DNA from: a virus
Lineage: Duplodnaviria; Caudoviricetes
Direction: 5' to 3' (one strand)
Virus record (IMG/VR): IMGVR_UViG_3300037255_000025
Coordinates: 105,749 to 169,748 of that record
DNA: 64,000 nt
Positions 56,171-64,000 of the stretch are shown here, one piece after another. The notes beneath the pieces were generated by a model. It ran no database searches and was not told the DNA's origin. It saw only the letters and a program-made list of their open reading frames with translations. Within the stretch, counting starts at the first letter, position 1. Each line of letters starts with the position of its first letter. The position numbers and the translations under genes were made by a program.

Positions 56171-57036
56171 CCTCTTCTTCCCTCTTGGGCGGCTTCTTCG
56201 GGCGCTACCGCGGTGTGGGCCGCGATCCCGAGAACCGAATTGAACGCCGTCAGCGGAGCCGCTCCAGGTAGGTCGCGCACGCCGCGTCGGTCGGAAAGAC
56301 CTTCTGAAACTCGGGGAGCGACGTGGGGAAGCCTCGGGGGTCCATCAGGTCGCCTGCGCGTCGAGCCAGGCCGGCTGGCCATACCCGCCCGCCCGGCCCT
56401 CGACGTATCCGTGGATGGCCGCCTCTAGTGCTAGTTCTCGGTCGCGGTCGGATTCGAGCGCTGAGAGGTCGACGTCGAAGTGGGCATCCAGGATGCTCGC
56501 GAGGTCCCGTTCGAGTTCACTGGCGGGCGCGTCCACCGCTACGTTCCCGGCCCGCTCGTCTTCGCGTCGGGCCGAGTCTCCCGCGTCCCACCACGCGCGC
56601 TGGTCGATCACGACGGCACCCGCGTGTAGACGACGCCCTCGTGGTCCGTGAACGTCGCTGCCTGCGCGGGCGCCACGATGGGTCCGGGAGCCTCGCACAC
56701 CTCGCAGACCGACGCCTCGCAGAGGCCGACACTGCCCTCCGACGCCTCGGATACGGCGCGCTGCGCGTTCGTGGCACCGCGGACACTCACCACGCGAACC
56801 GTCGTCAGCGCGGCGATCTGCTCGGCCGCCATACCCTTCCGGTCCGCCTTCGATACGGTCTCCCACTCCGGGGTGACCTGCGCCGCCACGAACTCCGGCT
56901 CGTCCCACGCCTGCGCCTCGTAGGGGCTGCCCGGCCGCAGGTAGAGAACCGCGCCCACCGTGTACCGCCCGCTCAGTTCGAGCGTGTTCACTTTCATGAG
57001 TCTTCCTCTTCTTCCCTCTTGGGCGGCTTCTTCGGG
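56171..57036 (-). repeat. 32-bp direct repeat pair (56171-56202 and 57005-57036)
   Basis: Identical CCCGAAGAAGCCGCCCAAGAGGGAAGAAGAGG upstream of ATGs 56160 and 56997. Confidence 0.85.
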
Positions 57037-59870
57037 AGTGACCGCGGGTCGTACCCGTGGGTGCTCGACGGCGGCGGGGCCTCGGGCAGCGGCGGCAGCG
57101 CCTCGAGCCCCAGGATGTTCAGCAGGGCCTGGCGCTGCTTCGGGGTCAGCACCGAGAATGACCCGCCGACGCTCAGACCCCGCAACAGGTCCTTCGTAAA
57201 GTAGAAGACCTGGGCTGAAGACGATGCGGGTCGCGAGCCGTCCTGGGGCACCCCCGCGTTGCGCGCCGCGATGGCTCTCTTGGTCATGTTCTTCCGGGCC
57301 AAGCGGTTCGCCGCCGCCGCCAGCGCGAAGTCCCGGTCATGCTCTGGATTGCCCCGGCGCTCGTGGATCGCGATCGTCGCGTGACCCCCGCCGTGGTTGC
57401 TCTTCTGTACGAGGCGGCTCATCCGCCCGCACCCCGACGCGCCCTTGCAGACAGCGTCACGAGTAGCCGTCGAACGACCTCGGGCAAGTCGTGGTCCGAG
57501 GCTTTGGCAAAGCTGCACAGCGCCGTCAGGCCAATCAGGGCCAAGTCCTGCTGCCCCGTGGCGCCCGTGATGTGGTGCAGCCGGGCGAGGAAGTCCGCGA
57601 CGGCCTCGCGCGTCTGGGCCCCCATGGCGGCGTCCGGCTCGCGCGCGCCTTCGGGTGTATTCGAGGTAGGCATCGTCCCCTCCTAGCTGTCGAAGTAGAA
57701 GAGCAGCCGCAAGTCCTGGGGCCCGACGCCCTCCCGGGTCGCGGTGGCGTTCAGCGCCGGGAGGTGCTGCGTGACGAACTCGGGAACATGCTCCGCGTAG
57801 GGTACGTCCCGCGTGACCGTGACGTAGGCCCCGTGGTACCGCGGGTCTTGCCGGATGCTCTCGCGGAGCAATAGCTGCGCAGCTTCTCCGGTCGCGCTGG
57901 CAAGCATCGCATCGGCGTCAGCCTTCGAAACCTCGGACCCAACGGGGTAGGCCCAGATGTCATGTCGCTGACGACACGCTAAGTAGTCGGGCAACGCCAC
58001 CCGGCCCTCGACCGGGATCGTCTGCTGCCAGTCGAACGCGTTCAGCTCCGACAGCAACAGCCAATGGCCCGAGTGGTCCTCTTGCTCGTCCTTCAGGTCG
58101 GGACACCGGTCCTCGGGCCAGCCGCGCAGACCCGTCTCGCCCGACGGCACCGGGTACTCGACGACCGTGCGGTACTCGCCCCGCCGGACGCCGGCCAGGA
58201 TACCGAACAGCGCGTAGTTCCGGTCGATGTGCCACGCGGCCATGTAGCGATTATGGTCGCGTCGGTCCACTTCCGTCTCGCCCGGGTTCTTCTCTCCGTA
58301 GGCTTCATCCGCCCACCCGCTGAACCCCGGCTCGCCTCGGCGCGACGGTACCAACGCCCAGGCGCCGTCGACGCGCTTCTCGACCCAACAGTGAATGTCA
58401 CAGCCCATGGCGGTTCTCCTGCGGGGCCGCGTCCCAGTCCGCGCCCCAGTAACGGCGGATGTAGTGCTCGTCGGTCAACTCGACCGCGCCCCGACACCCG
58501 CACGGGGGTCGCCCGACCCAGGGGCGGTCTTGAAGCCAACGCTGGACGAAGCCACAGGGGCAAGTCATCGCGGTCACGCGGTCCCGGTCACAGTCCTGCG
58601 CGTGGACGTGCGGATCGGCCCGACGCTTCTCCGGCGTGTCGTGCGTGTAGGTCTCCAATGCTAGCAGGACGGCCTCGATCCGCGGCGCGTCTCGGTCGAC
58701 CATCACGACGCCTCCGAGAGCGCGTGCTGCGCCCAGAACGCGACGGACTCCGCCATCTCCCGGCCGACGAGCGCCACGAGCGCCAGGTCCCAAGGCTCGC
58801 GCGGCGCCAACGGGCCGCCGTACGCCGTGTACAGGACGCACGGCTCGTCGCCGAAGGGGCCCGCGATGACGGTGATGATTCGGACATCGCGCGACGAACG
58901 CGAGCAAACGCGCGAAGGACCCTCGCGGCCGTTCCGGACGACCTGACGACATTCGGCGTCCGGGACCGGTTCGTCGCCCATCGCGGGTCCGTGGAGAGCA
59001 CACGGCAACGCCGGAAGCTCGGGCGGGATCGCGACCGTCTCGGCGAAGAACCGCGTCCGGTCGCCGAACCGCTCGAGCAACCAGGCGATGTGCTGGTCGT
59101 TCAGGTGGTGGTCGACGTGGCTTTCTGCTGCGAGTTTCATCGTTCCTCCTAGGTGTTGAATAGCTACTCGGACGCGCCGACGTTCACGAGCGCGCCCGCC
59201 TCGTCGAAGACGAAGCTGGACACGAAACCCGTGTAGCCAGCGCGGGGCTCTTTTTGATCTCCCTCAATGACGACGGACCGAAAACCGCGCCATTTGGAAC
59301 GGTCTTCGATCGGGACGCCCCTGCCCTCCAGGACCTCAAACTCGATACCCGCGCGGCCCAACATCGCCTTCAACGCTTCGAAATCGGACATGGTCATCTC
59401 CTAGTTCTCGAGCCAAAGCAACGCGCGTCGGGCCCGCTCGACCGCCTGGACCTCCGTGGGCTCGACGCCCTCGACGGCCTGGCCCGCGCGTAGCGCGCCC
59501 ACGACCTTGTCGACCAGCAACAGCGCGGTCTTGGCGTCCGGATCGCGCGCCGGGTCGAACTGGCCGATCGTCGGGAACCGCGGCGCGCCTTGGGACGTGG
59601 TGCGGCAGTGGTGGCGGTACACCTTGCTGCCCGGCTTCACGAAGCCGCCCGGGGCGCGCGCCAGATCCAGGCCGATTCAGTCGGGCCGACCCCGTGCTCG
59701 CGCGGCCCGAAGTAGACGATACGCGCCTTGCCCGACGCGATGATCGCCAGGACGCGCTCTTGGATCCGGTCCGCCGGGACCCGGACGGCGCGGCGCGGGT
59801 GGTGCCCGGCTCCGCTCCGGAGCCCGGGGTAGGTCACGAACAGCGTCACGGTCTCGGTCGCGTTGCTCAT
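56345..59870 (-). other. run of hypothetical ORFs (incl. 59637-59870, 59401-59640, 59164-59397, 58703-59140, 58398-58703, 57683-58408 MGCDIH-type, 57419-57673, 56608-56997)
   Basis: Co-oriented, mostly coupled; downstream of a sigma70-like promoter. Confidence 0.6.
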
Positions 59871-59921
59871 GAGTAAAACTATAAGACGTCTGTACCGAAG
59901 CGCAAGTGTTAGAAGAGAATT
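59871..59921 (-). promoter_or_regulatory. sigma70-like promoter, copy 2
   Basis: AATTCTCTTCTAACAC-TTGCGC-N16-TATAGT-N7-ATG. Confidence 0.8.
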
Positions 59922-62900
59922 ATCTTCCGCCAAGCCTCAGCATCACGCTCGAGTACGGGATCTCGACACCGTCGACCGTAACGGTGCCCCACCGGGACGC
60001 CCCCGCCGCCCGCTCGAGCAGCACGTCGGCCTCGTGGGCCGGCGTCAACTCCCCGGCACAGGCCACGTGCTCAGCGCAGCAAGCCAGCGCGGCCTCCTCG
60101 GTCTCGAACCGGGTCGCGTCCATGAAGAGGCCCCCGTGGGCCACGACGCAGCCCGACCCGCGGAAGTGCCGCAGGAAGGCGCCGCCACGCACCCAGGGCC
60201 GGGCGCACCTCAAGACCCAGAACATCAGCACCCCCTGCGCTTCCTCGCCGTGGCTCGGTCCTGGTGCGCGATTTCACGCTCCAGCATCTCCTCGGCCTGG
60301 TCAACGACGTACAGATCAGGCATACCGCTCGACGCCGCAAACGCCTCCGCGGCCTCAAGGGTGTCGAACGTCAGACACCCTTGCTCCCGCGAAACGAGGG
60401 AGAAGATCATCGGACCCCCGACCCAATCGGTCCTAACCGCCAGGTAACAGACGTCGTTGTGGCGCCGGGCTTTGACGAGGAAGCTCACGTGAGCCCCAGC
60501 GCCTTACGGACCCTGAGCAGGTACGACAACGTAATCGTCGCGCTATCCAACCGGGTACGCGCGACCTCCCGATCCAGCATCCGCGCGGACTCCCCCCGGC
60601 GCCACGCTTTCTTTCGGCTGCGGCTGCTCAAGAGTTCACCAAGCGCCAGCCGATATTGTCGGCGAAGGTGAGCGTGCTGCCGACCGGAAGATGTGCTGCC
60701 GTCCGGTGGATACTGCGGTTGTGGCGCACCGCGACGTCGGCCTCGCCCGGGCCCAAGTTGACGATGCTGACGGCCCCCGGCGGCTCGTGAACCAACGGGG
60801 TCCAGCCCACGCCCGCGACGCCAGGCCAACCCGGTCGCGCGCCCGCCGGGCCTCTTGCGCCGTCGAGAACACGTCAGCTTGGTCTGGGTGGTGCGTGATC
60901 ATGACCTGGCGCTTGGGCCCCAGCCAAAAGTACCGGGTTCGAAACGCCCGGTCTGGCGGGAAACGCAAGACCCACGGCATCAGGAGCACCTGACGACCAG
61001 CAACGGAAAAGCCTCATTTTCCAGCAGCAACGCCGCCAGGTCCAGAACCTCGACGGTCCCGTACGGCGCCGTGGTGTCGTGTCTTTGCATAAACGCCGTC
61101 GCGTCTTGCTCGGTACGGAAGACGACGGCATCCGACAGCGCGCCCCACCACAAGACGTCTCTTCTCTTCGGCGTCACGACGAAGTCCCCGGGGGCGGTGT
61201 GAACGACGAGGTAGCGCCAGGGGCGATCCTGGTGGTCGGGACCGAGGGCTCTACGCAGGACGAACGGCACGACCGCTACCTTACCTCCGAGAGCCAAGCT
61301 TCGGTCGCCAACATGGCGTCCGCCAGTGCGATCGGGACACAGCGGCTTAGACCCCCCAACCGAGGCGCCGCCCGACGCCAGGCCGCAAGCGCCGCAAGCG
61401 CCTCGCCCTCAGTCAGGAATCCCATCGCGGCTGCCGGGTATTCCGTGACGTTGAGCCAAGGCTCCTCGAGCGGCGTTCTCTTGTAGAACCAACGAACGTA
61501 CTCAGGCTGCCACGAGTCCTGGCGACCGGCGGGCTCGAGCAAGAGGAGCCAAGTCATCGCCTGGCCCTCGCCGCCAAGGCCTGCCGCTCCAACGCGTGTT
61601 CCAGCATCTCGCCTGCAAGGTCCACGACCTTCCACCGGTGGCCGCGAAGCGCGACCAACGTGGGCGCCGAGGCCTCGGCTTCTTCCCGGGTATCGTACAC
61701 GCGGGCCGACGTTGGCCGAGCGCACCACGTCCCAAGCGGACCGAGGTACGGCGCGTAGCTTGGTGTTCGCTTGATAACCCACACGGTCAGGACCCCGCGG
61801 CGCGTGCCGCGTTTCGCGCAGCGTAGTCGAGCATCGCCCCGGCCTGGTCCACAACGTCCAAGTCGAGCCCCGGACGCCACGGGCAAGACTCGATGTAGTG
61901 GCAAGCCTGATCCGCCGTCTCGAACACGTCAGCCCCACCGGGCGGCCCCCAACCGAACGACACCCGGGGGGCCGTCGTGTAGTAGTAGTCGTGACGGGCG
62001 CTCCCCACGCTGATGAGGATACGGCGGCGGATGATGAACATCAGGTCTCCCCCGCGGCCCAGCCCAACATGGCGTCAGCCAAGCGAACAACGAACAGGCG
62101 CCGACCTTCCTTGTTGTGGCGCTTCACGTAGTCCCCCGCGGCCTCGGCGGTCTCAAACGTCAGGGCATTGCCCGGTGACCCCCAGGGGCTCATGGCCGCC
62201 GTCCAGTAGTCGTGGCGCACGGCTCCCATGAGGTCAGTGACCCGAATTTGGCGGCAAATGACCCAACTCATCCCGCCTCGCGCGCCAGCAGTTCGTCCGC
62301 GAGGTCCACGATCTCCAACGGGCCCGAGATCCGCAATCGTTTGATGAACACCCACGCGGCCGCTACATCCTCGAACACCTTCGCGTCGGACGCCCGCGGC
62401 GTGACGAACCACGACAGCTCCCCCGACGCGACGAGTTGGTCATCCACGACGTAGCTGTATCCCTGACGATACAGGGGTCGCTCAGTGTCGCGCGGCGTAC
62501 GCTTGATGCAGTACGGCACGATCAAGCTCCCCCACGCTCGGCTTCTCGTTCCAAGAGCACCGCCGCGAGGTCCACGACTTCGTAGAGGTCGAGGCCGATT
62601 GTGCGCGCGGTCCACCGCGCCTGGGCCTCGGTCTCAAACCGCTCGGCGAACAAGGGGAGCGGCACCAGACCGGTTTTGTCCCACGTGTTGGGTCGGACGT
62701 AACCCCAACCCTGGTTTGTCCAGCCCCGCAGTTGCACACGTAGGATGAACATCACCGGGCCGCCTTCCGCGCTTCTCGCTCCAACAGGTACTCCGCGAGG
62801 TCGCACACCTCGACGGTCGAGATCGTGCGGTTCGCAATCTGCCACGATCGACAGTAAGCCCGCGCCGCCGCCTCGCTCGCGAACTCCGTGGCGTCAGAGA

Positions 62901-62994
62901 CCCAGTGGGACCAGTCTGCAACGGCGCGTTCGCCCCGCAGGTACAGCGGGAAGGGTGACTGGCCTTGCGACGGCATTCGTACGATCCAAGTCAC
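59920..62994 (-). other. array B: 11 tandem paralogues (62752-62994, 62522-62752, 62268-62519, 62041-62271, 61787-62041, 61554-61784, 61276-61557, 60980-61270, 60636-60980, 60225-60488, 59920-60225)
   Basis: Each has a W/F-V/I-hydrophobic N-strand and A..F.T..EA; most end VVDLA..LLE.EA; coupled or abutting start/stop codons. Confidence 0.8.
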
Positions 62995-63140
62995 GACGGT
63001 CCCTTACGTCCTCCGGGGCCGGTTTGCTTCACGAGGAAGCCTCCCGGTTCGGTTCCTGCCCAACCAGAGGTTTCGCGATCCTCTTACGAGAACCGCCAGA
63101 GCCTCCAGGGCGACAGGCTGACACCGGGGAACTCCCGGCC
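62987..63140 (-). ncRNA. omegaRNA of tnpB copy 3 (scaffold ends 63007; guide TAAGGGACCGTCGTGACTTG)
   Basis: Shared 3' boundary; distinct but base-pair-preserving hairpin. Confidence 0.75.
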
Positions 63141-64000
63141 AAATCTTTCAAGTTGATAGCAGCGTTGAGATCCCGATCGATCACGAGACCACAACGCTCG
63201 CATCGGTAGACCCTCTCGCTCAACGAGAGCGAGGTCTTCACCGCCCCACACCCAGAACACCTCTTGCTGCTTGGGTAGAAGCGGTCCGCGGTCCTTAGCT
63301 CGACCCCACGCCACTGACTCTTGTAGGTGAGCTGTCGGTGGATCTCCCCGAGGGAGGCGTCCGACAGAGACCGGGCAAGACAGTGGTTTCTCAACATCCC
63401 GGCGACGTTGAGGTCTTCGATCACGATTACTGACGCCTGCTTGGTGATCGCAGTCGTCATCTTGTGGATCGAATCCCTCCGGATATTGGAGATCCTAGCG
63501 TGCAACCTCGCGACCTTCTGGGTCGCTTTCCTCCTGTTGTTGGACCCCTTCTGTTTCCTCGCGACCGCTTGTTGTCTCGCTCGGAGAAGCTTTTGAGCCG
63601 CCTGGAGAGCTTTTGGGTTCCTAAAGACCTCCCCCTCGCTGGTGACCGCCAAGCTCTTGATCCCAACGTCGACCCCGAGGACCGACGTGGGCTTGGGTGC
63701 GGGATCCGGTAGCTCTTGCTCCACCTGGATCGAGACGTACCAACGTCCCGCCTTCTCGGAGACCGAAGCTGAGAGGATCTTCACCCCCGAGGTCGGGAGG
63801 TACCCGCGTTGCTTGAGCTTGATCTTCCCTAGCCTTGGGAGCTGAACGAGACGCTCCGAGACCTTGATCCCCTCGCTGAACTTGAAGCTACCGATGCCCC
63901 GCTTACGAGACTTGAACCGAGGGAAGCCTTTCCGCTTCGAGCCGCTCTTACACCGACGAAAGAAGCCCTCAAAGGCTCGATCAAGGTTTCGGAGCGCTTC
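63029..64000 (-). CDS. tnpB: RNA-guided endonuclease TnpB, copy 3 (5' end outside window)
   Basis: Near-identical to copy 2; RuvC D/E/D intact. Confidence 0.95.
   Translation of the reverse strand, partial: EALRNLDRAFEGFFRRCKSGSKRKGFPRFKSRKRGIGSFKFSEGIKVSERLVQLPRLGKIKLKQRGYLPTSGVKILSASVSEKAGRWYVSIQVEQELPDPAPKPTSVLGVDVGIKSLAVTSEGEVFRNPKALQAAQKLLRARQQAVARKQKGSNNRRKATQKVARLHARISNIRRDSIHKMTTAITKQASVIVIEDLNVAGMLRNHCLARSLSDASLGEIHRQLTYKSQWRGVELRTADRFYPSSKRCSGCGAVKTSLSLSERVYRCERCGLVIDRDLNAAINLKDLAGSSPVSACRPGGSGGSRKRIAKPLVGQEPNREASS

Noticed and set aside
1685-62994. Diversity-generating retroelement behind the paralogue arrays
   Set aside because: No reverse transcriptase in the window and no template/variable repeat pair with adenine-specific differences seen
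1-64000. tRNA or rRNA genes
   Set aside because: None recognised by eye; tRNAscan-SE would be needed to exclude them

Overview
A GC-rich 64 kb segment of a large tailed dsDNA phage. The host may be a myxobacterium, judged only from composition and DAG/DGG low-complexity motifs. Recognisable genes: 5'-3' exonuclease, dCTP deaminase, Dps-like ferritin, HNH, a frameshifted GIY-YIG/NUMOD3 endonuclease, portal, a multidomain protein ending in an XkdF-type head protease, virion/fibre genes, GH25 endolysin and a large terminase with a class-3 intein. There is also a Dam-type methyltransferase and a Nudix-kinase-ART multidomain protein. Five things stand out. (1) Three catalytically intact TnpB genes and one orphan omegaRNA, with no TnpA in the window. 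Two appear inserted into the phage's own recurrent AAS-N12-GGGTAAG promoter-like motif, with guides starting TAAGGG and a right end that rebuilds the upstream AAC at the same spacing. (2) A translationally coupled ParB-TET/JBP-GNAT-amino acid:DNA transferase-FAD oxidoreductase-TerL operon, plus a 5hmU DNA kinase, suggesting TET-initiated thymine hypermodification linked to packaging. (3) About 24 diverged small paralogues ending in VVxLADExLExEA, mostly in two tandem arrays next to TnpB loci. (4) Putative capsid-cargo polyproteins sharing RDxxG[RK]F and VxK[AS] motifs. (5) Three classes of promoter-like motifs at leaderless spacing. All calls come from motif reading by eye; no database searches were run. 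Some frameshifts may be assembly errors.
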